DNA of 64,000 nt from Histomonas meleagridis 2922-C6/04-290x (GCA_020184695.1 JAANOX010000004.1:316627-380626); one strand, 5' to 3'; shown: positions 10,751 through 22,110, numbered from the stretch's first letter. The notes: a model not told the origin generated them from the letters alone. Translations and numbers: made by a program.

Positions 10751-12882
10751 ATGGAATTAAAACATGTTGCCAAGAATCAATGTATAGAGAATAAACAAAT
10801 AAATGATGATATTATAAATTTGATCAAACTAAAAAAAATTATTTTCGATTTAACAAATGAAAATTTTGATACATCAGTTAGACAAACATTAAAACTATTG
10901 GATTTAAATTTTCCAAATTCTATTAATTTTATCATTGCTAATTTAATTTATTATGCGTTTTATTCACAAAAGAAAGATGTTTATCTTTATTTAAATTATT
11001 TAAAAACAATTCAAATCAAAGAAGAAGAAATAAATAGTAATAATAAAATTACGTTAAAGATAGTTGAAATTTTTATTAATAAATTACAAATTGGATCACA
11101 GGAGTCATATTATTTTATTGACAAAATGATTAAATTAAAACTGATAAGCGAAGATATTGTTAATAGTATTCAATCTAATTATTTTATACATTATCAAACA
11201 AAAGAAAATAAAAAGATTAAATATAATGCATTTGAAAATAACATTGAAAAAAAATTCAGAGAAAATTATTTAGAATTATCAAAGAATAATTGGGAACTTC
11301 ATAAAAAATTAATTGAAGAAGGAGTAAATCCAAATAAAATTGCAAAAATAATTCGAAATGATGAAATAGAAAAACTTCAAGAAATATCATCACAAACAAA
11401 CTTTGATTATAACCAAACAATTGAACCATCATTTTATGAAAGATGTTCATTCATTAATAAAGAAAATGTTTCATTAATTGATTATGCAGCATTTTTTGGA
11501 TCAGTTAAATGTTTTAAATATTTACTTACGAATGGTGCAAATGTAAAAAACACAGGCAAATATGCTGTTGCAAGTGGAAATCTTGAAATTATTCATTTAT
11601 GCGAACAAAATCATTCATCATTTGTAGATGCATATGAAACAGCAATTGAATTTCATCGAAATGATATTTTTTATTATCTTTATGAAAATAAATATCAAAA
11701 TATATATAAACATAGTCAAAAGTCACCTCCAAGATCAGAAGATATTAATCCACTTTTCTTTATAGATTGTGGCACTGAAACATTAACAGAATCTGAAAAA
11801 AGGCAAAAGAGCATTACTAATTTTGTATACTTTTGTATTATGAGTGGGAATTTTGAAATTTTATTATTTTTAGAGAAAGAAGGAATGAATATCTTATTAA
11901 TATAGCAGCAAAAATTGGTAATTTATATCTTGTCAAATATTTTCTTCAAAATTATCAAATTTCAAATAAAGTTTTGGTTTTTTCATCTGAATCAGGAAAT
12001 ATCGAACTTGTGAAATATATTCTTGAGCAAGAAGGAACAAATATTAATGAAAAAGATATTTGTTTTTAAGAAATTATGTCTATATTAATAATTTATTATA
12101 TTAAAATAATATTTGGAAAATGCTAAAAATATTTAAAACAGCACTTATAAAGGCATCAGAAAATGGATATATAGAAATAGTGGAATTACTTCTTAAACAA
12201 AAGGGAATTGATATTAATGCTCATGATATTAATATTTTATAATAATATTCAAAAATTATTCAATTAATTTAATACCGCACTTAAGTCAGCAGTTGAAAAT
12301 GGTCACATAGAAATAGTTAAATTACTTCTTGGGCAAAATGAAATTGATGTTAATACAAAAAATATGTATTTATCTTATTCAAAATATATTTTATTAATTT
12401 TATATTTCAAAATGATATTTGGAAACTATTTAAAATATTTAATACTTTACTCATTGAAGCAGCTAAAAAAGGGAACATAGAAATATCAAAATTACTTCTT
12501 ACACAAGGAAAAATTGATATAAATGCCAAAAATATTTAATTGTTTTATTTCAAATCTATTTGAATAATTTCTTGTTTCAAAGAAATAAATGGGAAATATT
12601 TGAATTGTTTTGGACAGCACTTATGTATGCAAGTGAAAAAGGTCATACAGAATTAGTTAAATTTCTTCTTGAACAAGAAGGAATCAATATTAATGCTAAA
12701 AATTTATATATTTTATATTTAATATTTGTCTTGATAATTTGATATTTTAAAATATTATATGGAAATAATTTAAAATATTTGAAACAGCACTCATAATTGC
12801 ATTTAAGAATGCTCAGGCACAAATAATTAAATTAATTCATGACTTCATCCAAAAGTCAAAAGATATAGATGATATCATCTAA
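10751..12882 (+). CDS. Parabasalid DUF3447-type ankyrin repeat protein with interrupted C-terminal repeats
   Basis: The N-terminal ORF 10751..11905 has SLIDYAAFFGSVKCFKYLL, YAVASGNLEIIHLCEQ and AIEFHRNDIFYYL. A frameshift near 11885 leads to LINIAAKIGNLYLVKY..GNIELVKYILEQEGTNINEKDI. This is followed by five ankyrin segments (12132-12230, 12268-12366, 12438-12536, 12608-12706, 12778-12882) separated by AT-rich inserts. The last segment ends in TAAA. Confidence 0.8.
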
Positions 12883-12927
12883 AAATATTTTTTCGAATGT
12901 ATTTTTTTTTTAAATGATTTGTCTAGA

Positions 12928-13518
12928 CTATTCTCCCACGTAACAAACTTTAAAATACCAAAAAACGTTTTTTGTTTGTGGACTTTGGATGGTGCTTAAG
13001 AGTTCAATGAATTGTATCATTTGAACAGATTGTGGAAGAGTTTTGAGAATTGATATTATTCCATTGTCAATAAGATAATAAATGGGATTTCTTTTGCGGC
13101 TTCCTTCATTGATAGCACAAATATTGTATAATACAGAAAGAGAAGACGATATCAACGAAGAATTATTGCTTTGAAACAAAGAAATAAAAAACTGGATGTT
13201 CTCCGGAGTGGAAAAATTGGGCTTTTTAACACTGGAGTAAAGTGCACATGAAAAACACCCAAAAGCAATTTGACCCAATTCTGAATTTATGTGAGAAATG
13301 GAATATTGGAAAAAATCCATATATGGAAAATGAAAACAAAATTGGTTAAATTCGGATTCCTGAGATGTTTGTAAATAATGATAAATTCTCTTAAGAGATT
13401 CTAAAGAATCTTTTTGATCTGCTAGAGCTATTGGTAGCAACACTGTGTAGTTTAATACATTGGAATAAGTTTTTGATCTTTTTACGATTTTTGTTCTTTC
13501 ATTGTTTCGAATGTCCAT
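12928..13518 (-). pseudogene. Truncated inverted copy of the ARM-like gene (N-terminal 180 aa plus 16 aa novel tail)
   Basis: ORF 12928..13596 from Met at 13518 matches 8671-9209, then reads non-homologous sequence (QTKNVFWYFKVCYVGE*) past the duplication breakpoint at 12979. Confidence 0.8.
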
Positions 13519-13559
13519 TTGAACTTCCTTTGGGTGAAGGTGAAAAAAACAAAAATTTA

Positions 13560-13631
13560 GGGGCGATTCGGGAATCGAACCCGAGACCTCTCGCACCCAA
13601 AGCGAGAATCATTCCACTAGACCAATCACCC
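13560..13631 (-). tRNA. tRNA-Pro(UGG), copy in right arm
   Basis: Reverse complement identical to 8564-8635. Confidence 0.97.
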
Positions 13632-13983
13632 TTTCATTATCTAAAATTAATTATTATCCTACATAATCAAAATTATTTTCTAAAATATAATTGTCTAAAT
13701 ATTCATCATTTCGAAAATGTCAACATTACATTTAAATTTATTTTTTATTTGCTTTCATATTAATAAAAATTGACAGCTGATAATTAATTAATAATTTTAA
13801 GATAATAAATATATGAACTAATTTTATAAATTTGCTGAGTAAATCTGAAAAAATTATCTTTAAATTAACAAATAAAATTTTTCTTAGATAATTAATAGTA
13901 TTCTTTTAAGAATTTATCGGGGTAAACAAAAGAACTGCTTTGAGTTGAATTTTAACGTCCTCCACTTTTATTTACACAAAAAA

Positions 13984-14769
13984 ATGATTCGAGAAGTATG
14001 GGCAAATAATTTAGAAGAAGAAATGAAAATTATCAGTGATTTAATTCAAGATTATCCATTTATTGGGATGGATACCGAATTTCCAGGTGTTGTAGCTAAA
14101 CCATCAGGTTGTTTTAAATCTACCGAAGAACTTGAGTATCAATCAATGCGATGTAATGTTGATATCTTAAAAATCATTCAAATTGGGATCACGTTAGGTA
14201 ATTCTAAAGGAGAAGTTCCAAGTCCAGTTTGTACGTGGCAATTTAACTTTAAATTTAATATTGAAAAAGATCCACATTTTGGACGTGCCATTACATTATT
14301 ACAACAATCAGGTATTGATTTTTCCAAATTTAATGAAGAAGGTATTGATGTTTATGATTTTGGACGTTTTGTTCTTACGAGTGGTCTTGTTATGAACAAT
14401 GAAATCACGTGGATTACATTTCATAGTATTTCAGATTTTGGATATCTTCTTAAAGCACTTACAAGTTCACCACTCCCGAGCGACAACCAAAGTTTTTTCA
14501 AAATGCTTCACATTTACTTTCCACATTTTTTTATGATATTAAATATTATACGTCATGTTTTTCCCTAATATTGCGAATGGTTTACAAGGTATTGCGGAGC
14601 AATATTCAGTTGAACGTGTTGGCAAAGAACATCAAGCAGGCTCAGACTCATTTGTGACGTACAAAGTATTTATTGAATTACAAACGCAAGTTTTACAAAA
14701 AAAAATATTCAAAACATGGACGTTGAAAACAAATTATATGGAGCATCGACACCACCAGTATTATTATGA
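13984..14769 (+). CDS. CAF1: CAF1/POP2 deadenylase copy 2, with 3' homopolymer frameshifts
   Basis: Open from ATG 13984 through MDTEFPG and SDFGYLLK. Frameshifts occur at T-runs near 14525-14545 and an A-run near 14700. The true end YGASTPPVLL* is inferred from copy 1. Confidence 0.85.
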
Positions 14770-14955
14770 ACATGAAATGTAAAATATAAATTAATAAATA
14801 GAAGTATTGAAATATATTTTTTTTTTTGTTTAATCATTTGTCACAACAAAAAATTTAATATTTCGATATATTATGAAGTTAAATGCAGTAATAAAGATAA
14901 GTATTTAAATGTTTTTCTGCCCGCTTTGATATTAAAAAATAAATCAAAAAAATTC

Positions 14956-15027
14956 TTCCGATACGGGGAGTCGAACCCCGCTCCCGTGGATGAAAACCAC
15001 ATATCCTAACCGATGAACGATATCGGA
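14956..15027 (-). tRNA. tRNA-Glu(UUC)
   Basis: Minus strand TCCGATA/TATCGGA acceptor stem, TGTGG-TT-TTC-AT-CCACG anticodon arm, GGTTCGACTCC T loop; 72 nt. Confidence 0.93.
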
Positions 15028-15405
15028 ATTTCGAATTTAGGAAATATTTTAAATATAAAAACTTATCAAATACTATTTAAACAGAAGATTCAAAATTGCT
15101 TCATAAGTTTTTCCATATTAATTGTTGAATCAGCTCAAGTTATTTCACACGAAAGTGTACATCTACCAACGAAATGCAATCGAACAAAAATTTTTGTTTG
15201 AATTGAACCATTTGGAAATGGTGTTGAGACATAACAAAAGAGCTTGAAATTGTCTTTGATGTTTGGCTGGATACATGTGAATCATTTTAGCTTCTAGAGA
15301 AATGAATATAGCAAAAGGGGGTTGTGCGTGGTTTCATGTCCAAAATTTTATTTCCCCATACTAAAATGACCGTTTAAAAATCCTTATTGGTTGGAAATTT
15401 AAAAC

Positions 15406-17556
15406 ATGGATAACTCACTCACAATGGAACAAATTGGCGAACATGTTCTTTCACAAGCAATAAATGGTGCATTGCTTTCAGAAAATTATGATCAAAGTCA
15501 TATAATTTCCACCATCATCAATCAGATTATTTTACTCGGGAATTCAACTACTGACCAATCAATTAAAGAAGATTTACTATCACTCGAATCTGAATACAAA
15601 AACAAAGACTTACAATATTTCGGATTTAAATGTTTTGAAGTTATCAAAAAATCACTTATTTTTCTTAATAAACACATTAATGCTAAATCTCAAAATGAAG
15701 ACAATTCAAGCAAGTTGCAGAACTTAATAGCTGAAAATTCAGAATTGAAAAAACAATTGTATGAATATCAAAAAACCATATCAAAGCAAGAATTATCGCA
15801 ACAAAGACACTCTCTTGACAATGCCATTTTTTCTCGTCAAAAAAGTAACAACAATAAATCAGTAAAATCTGATAAAGCGAGCTCAGATTATTCCAAACTA
15901 AAGCAATACAAGAATAAACTCAAACTCCTCAAGCAAGAAAATTCCAAGCTTAAGCAAGTTGAGCAAGATAACCTAACACTTCACATTGAAAATGAAAAAT
16001 TACAAATCGAAAATCAACAACTTCAACTACAAACTAATGACTCCCATTTCCTGAGCAGCTCCCATGATGATCATACCATCACAGTACTGCATTCTACCAT
16101 TGATCTTCTACAAGATCAAATATCTCGACAGCATGACGAAATATCACGTCTTAACTCCGACAGAAACATTCTTATCAAGCAAGCGAATTCACTTTTGTCC
16201 CTTAGCCATAAATATGATACGATTATTAATGATCAAATAATCAAATTCAAAACACAAGAAGACAATCTCCAACTTCAACTTAACCTTGCCAAAGACAAAA
16301 TCTCCACGTATGAAGAGCAACGAGCTCATCTTTTCAACAATTTGAAATCATTCATTAAAACCAAATACAATGACAATTCACAATTTTTCATCACTTTACT
16401 CGATGAGAACAACGTTAATTCTATCATTGATTTTATAAAAGAACTTTCCAACTATGAAAATGAACATGAAACAAATGAAAAATTTGAACTTATTAAAGAA
16501 AATGAACATTTAAATAATTATATTAAATCTCAAAATTTACAATTAATTACATCATTAAACATTAACAATTTAAATAATTATATCAAAGAAAACATTGATA
16601 AATCACAACAATATATATTTAATGAATTAATATCAACAAAAACAAATTTAAATATTACAGAAACACTTCGAAATATAACGAAATTTACTTCGAACGAATT
16701 ATTTGAAATTATAAAATTTTCATTTGTTTCGAATTTAATGTTAAAAACAATTAATGAGAACAAAGAAATGGAATATAACAAAACAATAAACGAATTAAAA
16801 GTTGAGATAAAACAATTAAATGATAACGAATTAAAAAATCAAATCAAAATGAAAAATATTAAAAACAAAAAAGTTCAAATCTTTCAACAATTAAAAGAAA
16901 TTTCGATGAAATATAATATTCTTAAAGCTCAATTTATGCAATTAAATGAGAACAATAAAAAGAAAAAAGAAATTGACTCAAAACAAATAAAAAATCTTCA
17001 AAATATTAATGAGAAAATGAAAATGAAATATAATAATCAAAAAGAACAAATAAAAAATTTGATACAAGAAAAACAAATATTAAATAATGAAATTAATTCA
17101 TTACAAAATGAAATTAAAGATAAAAATGAAAACGAAAATACAAATTCAAATGTTGAAATTGAAAATGTTCAAATTAATAAAGAATTAGAAAATGAAAATA
17201 AAACACTTATAAATCGAAATAATAATTTGGCGGAAATACATAAGAATTTGATGATAAAATTCGAAGAAGAAAAAATTATTAAAAATAAAATGAATAAAGA
17301 ATTAAAGAAAAAGAATAAAAAACTTCAAAAAATTGAAAATGAATTAGAAAATCAAATTAAATGTAACGAAAATAATAAAAAACAATTCGACGAAATTAAT
17401 AAATTGTTGAAACAAAAATTAGAAGAAACAAGAAATAATTTGTTGGAAAGTAGAAAAGAATTAATGAATAAAAATAATGAAATTAGTGCACTGCAATCGA
17501 ATTTGGTGACTTTGAAATACGAAAAGAAATTATTGGAAGATAAATGTGCAAAATAA
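15406..17556 (+). CDS. Long coiled-coil protein (716 aa)
   Basis: Uninterrupted ORF with heptad-rich K/E/N/Q/L composition; stop in TAAA. Confidence 0.8.
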   Translation: MDNSLTMEQIGEHVLSQAINGALLSENYDQSHIISTIINQIILLGNSTTDQSIKEDLLSLESEYKNKDLQYFGFKCFEVIKKSLIFLNKHINAKSQNEDNSSKLQNLIAENSELKKQLYEYQKTISKQELSQQRHSLDNAIFSRQKSNNNKSVKSDKASSDYSKLKQYKNKLKLLKQENSKLKQVEQDNLTLHIENEKLQIENQQLQLQTNDSHFLSSSHDDHTITVLHSTIDLLQDQISRQHDEISRLNSDRNILIKQANSLLSLSHKYDTIINDQIIKFKTQEDNLQLQLNLAKDKISTYEEQRAHLFNNLKSFIKTKYNDNSQFFITLLDENNVNSIIDFIKELSNYENEHETNEKFELIKENEHLNNYIKSQNLQLITSLNINNLNNYIKENIDKSQQYIFNELISTKTNLNITETLRNITKFTSNELFEIIKFSFVSNLMLKTINENKEMEYNKTINELKVEIKQLNDNELKNQIKMKNIKNKKVQIFQQLKEISMKYNILKAQFMQLNENNKKKKEIDSKQIKNLQNINEKMKMKYNNQKEQIKNLIQEKQILNNEINSLQNEIKDKNENENTNSNVEIENVQINKELENENKTLINRNNNLAEIHKNLMIKFEEEKIIKNKMNKELKKKNKKLQKIENELENQIKCNENNKKQFDEINKLLKQKLEETRNNLLESRKELMNKNNEISALQSNLVTLKYEKKLLEDKCAK

Positions 17557-17800
17557 AAATATAATAAAATAAAAATCCTGTTAACAAAATATATTTTTAA
17601 ATGTTGTGAATTATAATATTTATTCATATTAAAGAATTTTCCTTTAGTAACAACTTTACAATATTTCTTCTGTTATTGTTTCACATTTTTTCTCTTACAA
17701 CAAATATTCTACTTCAGAAATTTAGGAATACGGGAAAAAATCTTTTGTGTAAAGTTCTTTTTATGTAATCGTGTGAAATTTGATATGAACATGTGAAAGC

Positions 17801-18202
17801 TTATTCTTCCTTCTTCTTTGTTTGCCCGAGAAGAACTTTATGAATGTGTGGAACAACACCTGCAGATGCAATTGTAATGTTGGAAAGAAGTTGGTTCAAT
17901 TCTTCATCATTACGAATTGCAAGCATGATATGACGCGGTGAAATTCTTGTCTTCTTGTTATCACGAGCTGCATTTCCCGCAAGTTCCAAAACTTCAACTG
18001 TAAGATATTCAAGAACTGCTGCCATAAATACTGGAGCACCTGCACCAACACGATCTCCATAACGACCTTCACGAAGGAAACGATGCAAACGACCAACTGG
18101 AAATTGAAGTCCTGCACGACTTGATCTTGTCTTTGGATGAGCGCGTTCTCCATCAACTGCTGTCTTTGTAGCTGTTTTCTTAACACCTTTCTTGGCTGGC
18201 AT
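17801..18202 (-). CDS. H2A: Histone H2A
   Basis: [56 protein letters not shown]; no C-terminal SQ motif. Confidence 0.98.
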   Translation of the reverse strand: MPAKKGVKKTATKTAVDGERAHPKTRSSRAGLQFPVGRLHRFLREGRYGDRVGAGAPVFMAAVLEYLTVEVLELAGNAARDNKKTRISPRHIMLAIRNDEELNQLLSNITIASAGVVPHIHKVLLGQTKKKEE

Positions 18203-18351
18203 TTAAAATAATGAAGTAATCTTTAGTTGTTTCTTGCTCGTTAAACCCCGCGGTCTCTATTCAAAATTACATTCAAATATTTTGGGATTAAAATGACATC
18301 ATCAAAAGAGCGCGCAAATAATCGCGGGAAAAAAGTAAATCATTTTTTCAT
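18203..18351. promoter_or_regulatory. Bidirectional H2A/H2B promoter (149 bp)
   Basis: Head-to-head genes. Initiator-like TCATT lies just upstream of each ATG (18340 on +; reverse complement of 'aatga' near 18210 on -). GC-rich blocks 'ccccgcggt' and 'gagcgcgc...atcgcggga' lie between them. Confidence 0.7.
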
Positions 18352-18738
18352 ATGTCAACCAAGAAACCAGCTTCAAAAACACCAACAGAAAAGAAGCCAG
18401 CTGTAGAGGGAGAAGCTCCAGCAGAAACTGAAAAGGAAAAGAAACAACGTCATAAGAAGAGGAACGAATCTTTCTCATCTTACATTTTCAAAGTTCTTAA
18501 ACAAGTTCACCCAGATATTGGTATTTCCAACAAGGCAATGCTGGTTATGAACAACTTTGTTACTGACATATTTGAACGTATTGCACGTGAAGGTGCTAGA
18601 CTTGTTGATATGAACGATCGTAATACATTAGGATCCCGCGAAATCCAAACAGCAGTTCGTCTTGTTCTTCCAGGAGATCTTGCTAAGCATGCCGTATCCG
18701 AAGGTGGTAAAGCAGTTGCTAAGTTCAATGCAGAGTAA
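18352..18738 (+). CDS. H2B: Histone H2B
   Basis: [49 protein letters not shown]; stop in TAAA. Confidence 0.98.
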   Translation: MSTKKPASKTPTEKKPAVEGEAPAETEKEKKQRHKKRNESFSSYIFKVLKQVHPDIGISNKAMLVMNNFVTDIFERIAREGARLVDMNDRNTLGSREIQTAVRLVLPGDLAKHAVSEGGKAVAKFNAE

Positions 18739-19300
18739 ATGCCTTATTAATATACATGAAAAAGAATATTTTTTCTCACAATCATTATTGTTAAACTGAT
18801 TTGTTTATTACATGCAAGAAGAGACTTAACGTCTTCCTTAATATGGTGTGTATTCCTCCTTTGCATAAAAAATAGAATTCTCATAATATGTATATATTAT
18901 ATTTGTTTTGTTATATATTTCCTTTATAAGTTATTGCACTGTATTTATTCGAATGATTTCTTGATTACCTCCATAAATATTTTCAAATCTAAATAAATTC
19001 AAAGAATTTTATCAAAAAAACTCAAAAAATTAAACTAAATAATACTAAGTATTATATTTTTATATAAAACATGTATTTATTAACAGTCCTATCTATGTGG
19101 TCATCTAGTTTTCAATTTATAAATTTATAAAATCTTCTTAATCGTTGGCAAATGGATCTTCTTCAGCATGTGAACAGAGAATATCCTTTACATTGTTACA
19201 ACAACAGGGGAATTCTCTTATTTAAAATGATGATTCTAAAGTAAAATAAATTAACAGAAATTAATATTTACAAACAATTAATTCTATATAAGTACACATT

Positions 19301-20632
19301 TTATCTATCGCTTAAATACAATTTGTGCCTATTTATTTGAAGCTCTTTTTCTAATCTTGCGTTATCTTCTTCTTCTTTTTCCAAGTTATTTTGTAATTTT
19401 CTATTTAAATCCTTTAAATTCTCGTTTTGACTTTGCAACTCTTTAATTGTTATTAAATGTTGTTTTTCGATATTTTCTTTTTCATTTAACTTCGCTCTAA
19501 AAGAATTTTGTATTTTTTCACATAATTTTATTTTGTTTATTTTAAATTCTTTTTTAATTTGCGCCACTTCGTTTTGATGATTTGCTGTAACTTCATCAAT
19601 TTGTTTCTGTAATTCGATCATTTGTTTAAATATTTTCTTCGTCTTCTTCTTATATGATGCCAATGCTTTATTTAATTCATTTTCTTTTTCTTGATAAGAA
19701 ACAATTTGTATTTTTAGTTGTTCGATTTCTTTGTTACTCTCTTTAATAACATTTTCTTTCATTTCGATGGTTTTGTTTATTTCAAGTATTTCGGAGTCAT
19801 ATAAACTCTGCGTTTTATCTTTCTCGTTTTGAAGAATATTTATATCTTTTTGATATTGCAAAATATTTTGTTTCGCATTTTGTAGTTCAATTTGTTTTTT
19901 GGACTTAAAATCTTCAAATTCTTTTTGAAGTTTTGCGATTTGCTTTAGAAGACGATTTCGTAAATTGTTTGTTTGCGATGTTTCTTCATTCAAATTTTGT
20001 AATTCGTTTTCTTTTTCATGAAGTGATTGTTTATAATTATGATTTTGGGTAGAAAGCTCGTTGATTTTTTTCTCTTGTGACTTAACAAGTTTTTCTAGCA
20101 TGATATTCTTTTGAGAAATTTCATTGATTTGTGATTCTTGATTTGAAAATTTGGTATGTATCGAATCTATATGATTTGTAAGGTCTTGATTTTCTTGTTG
20201 TGTAGATTTAATTTGTGCATTTGCTTTTTTCAATTTGTGTTGTTGTAGTTGACATTGATCAGCAATTTTTTTGTTCGTTTCATTCTGATCTATGATAAGT
20301 GTAAAAACAGAATTTAAAGTGTTTATATTTGCGTAACCAGCTTGATGTAATTTTTGGAAAAAATTGGTAAGTTGTTCTGATTTTTGTCTGGATTGAAGTA
20401 ATGATTTTCTTAATGTTATATTAATTGAAAGCTCTGATTTAAACAGATCGAACAATGATTTCAGGAAAGTTAAAGAAGCTGAATCTTCTGCTTGATTTGA
20501 ATTTCTAATAAAATATTCAATATTTTCGGATTCTTTCAAAATCTCATCTTGGAGCTTGGATATTTCAGTGTCAGACATCGAAAAAGTATCTCCAGAAGAA
20601 ATGAATTGGGATAAAGTTGAGCTTGTTTTCAT
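19301..20632 (-). CDS. Coiled-coil protein (443 aa)
   Basis: Uninterrupted heptad-rich ORF. An M3-like 'ggccgtta' lies near 20661, upstream of the start. Confidence 0.75.
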   Translation of the reverse strand: MKTSSTLSQFISSGDTFSMSDTEISKLQDEILKESENIEYFIRNSNQAEDSASLTFLKSLFDLFKSELSINITLRKSLLQSRQKSEQLTNFFQKLHQAGYANINTLNSVFTLIIDQNETNKKIADQCQLQQHKLKKANAQIKSTQQENQDLTNHIDSIHTKFSNQESQINEISQKNIMLEKLVKSQEKKINELSTQNHNYKQSLHEKENELQNLNEETSQTNNLRNRLLKQIAKLQKEFEDFKSKKQIELQNAKQNILQYQKDINILQNEKDKTQSLYDSEILEINKTIEMKENVIKESNKEIEQLKIQIVSYQEKENELNKALASYKKKTKKIFKQMIELQKQIDEVTANHQNEVAQIKKEFKINKIKLCEKIQNSFRAKLNEKENIEKQHLITIKELQSQNENLKDLNRKLQNNLEKEEEDNARLEKELQINRHKLYLSDR

Positions 20633-20988
20633 GCAACTTTTTACCGCCTTTTCATAAAGGTGGCCGTTAACAGATCGGTTAACTAGTGTGGGGTGCCCCC
20701 AACAAGGTCATTAATTCTTTGTGTTTCTTTATTAAGTAACAAAATATACCACCAATATGAAAATGATAAATATATCATTTATTTTAATTATCAATTAAAA
20801 AAAATATTGTAAAATATCATCCGATCCCATATGAAAGAAATATAACACTCAATCAAATTCAAATAAGCATTAAAATATCTGAAATGTCTCATATCTATAA
20901 TTTCTTAAATATATCTGTACATCCATCATTGCGATAACAAGAAAAAATAAAATTTACTAAACTAAAATTTTTATTAAAGGCGATCAAA

Positions 20989-22110
20989 TTAAATTTGTTC
21001 AATAATGTTATCTTCTTTAAAATCTTTTGCAAAAGGATCATCTTCGATATTTTTCATTTGGAGTTCTGATGAATATGTTGCTTGTGTTTCTTTTTCTTCT
21101 TCATTTATATCACATAATTCGTTACTTTTTTGTTCTTTATTTAGAAATCGAATTAATAATATAATAAGTAATACAATAACAACAATTAAAATGAAAACAA
21201 CAACACAAACAATAATAATAACAATCGTATTATCATTTTTATTAAATTCATTTATATAAAAAATAGTAAAAAAATCAGAATAAAAACTATAATAATTTGA
21301 ATATATAAATATTGTGTAATTATAATAAATAAATTCTGTTATAATATAAGTGAATATTGAGTTTATATTAGAAATTGAATATGAATTTGTTAAAAAAGAA
21401 TTGAAAATACTTAATGTTTGGCTATATGATAATGAATATATCAATGTAAATGAACAAGAAATAGTTGAAACAGATTGAAACATTCTCGAAATGCTTGTCT
21501 TGGAATTGATGTTAATTTATTTCCAATAAAAATTGTTTCTAAATTAGTACAATGAAAAAATGTCGCTTCTTCAATTGTCTCAACGTTTTCACCAAGATTT
21601 AATGCTGTTAAACTTGAACATTCTCAAAATGCTTGTCTTGGAATTGATGTTAATTTATTTCCAATAAAAATTGTTTCTAAATTAGTACAATGAAAAAATG
21701 TCGCTTCTCCAATTGTCTCAACGTTTTTACCAAGATTTAATGTTGTCAAACTTGTGCATTCTTGAAATGAATTAACACCAATTGATGTAATAATATTTGG
21801 GCAATGAAATGTTATAGAATTCAATTTGATACATCTACTAAATGCAGGATTTGGAATTTGCCTAATATTTCCAAATATTTCAACTGCTTCTAAATTAGAA
21901 CAATCACTAAATGAATAATTTCCAATTTTTGTAATCGTTTCGCCAATTTCAACTGTTTTAAGGGATTCCCATTCGGAAAGAGCATTGTTTGGTACTTCTG
22001 TTAATCCAGCTGAAAAAATGATTTTTTCTGCAATAGCACTATACTTATTTATGAAACTCGAATCTAATTTATCTTCACTGACTATTATAAGTGTTCTTGT
22101 AGTTTTATAC
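20989..22110 (-). pseudogene. BspA-like LRR surface protein pseudogene (LRRs, internal deletion, TM, acidic tail)
   Basis: TpLRR repeats (ITSIGVNSFQECTSLTTLNLGKNVETIGEATFFHCTNLETIFIGNKLTSIPRQAF). CGA>TGA stop at 21624. Frameshifted junction at about 21480 to a S/Y-rich stalk, TM IVIIIVCVVVFILIVVIVLLIILL and tail EDDPFAKDF. No in-frame ATG. Confidence 0.8.
21480..21755. repeat. 138-bp tandem duplication (two 23-aa LRRs) inside the BspA pseudogene
   Basis: 'acattctc..aatgcttgtcttggaattgatg' occurs at 21480 and 21618. Confidence 0.9.

Larger units (their letters stand above)
12979..14922. repeat. Right arm of inverted duplication A
   Basis: Reverse complement of 7281-9209 with scattered substitutions (e.g. 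PFIG vs PFSG, GIAEQ vs GIADQ) and small indels. Confidence 0.95.

Noticed and set aside
12061-12777. Canonical spliceosomal introns as the explanation of the ankyrin inserts
   Set aside because: GT occurs near only some 5' ends and AG only inside the conserved Thr-Ala codons of three exons. There is no ACTAAC branch motif, and using those AGs would delete the conserved Thr.
18738-18800. Metazoan-type histone 3' stem-loop
   Set aside because: No such hairpin follows H2A or H2B. The H2B stop overlaps TAAA, consistent with ordinary polyadenylation.
20685-20705. GC-rich patches (ggggtgccccc at about 20690; similar at about 10250, 23275, 54700) as transposon ends
   Set aside because: No paired TIRs or target duplications could be matched by eye.
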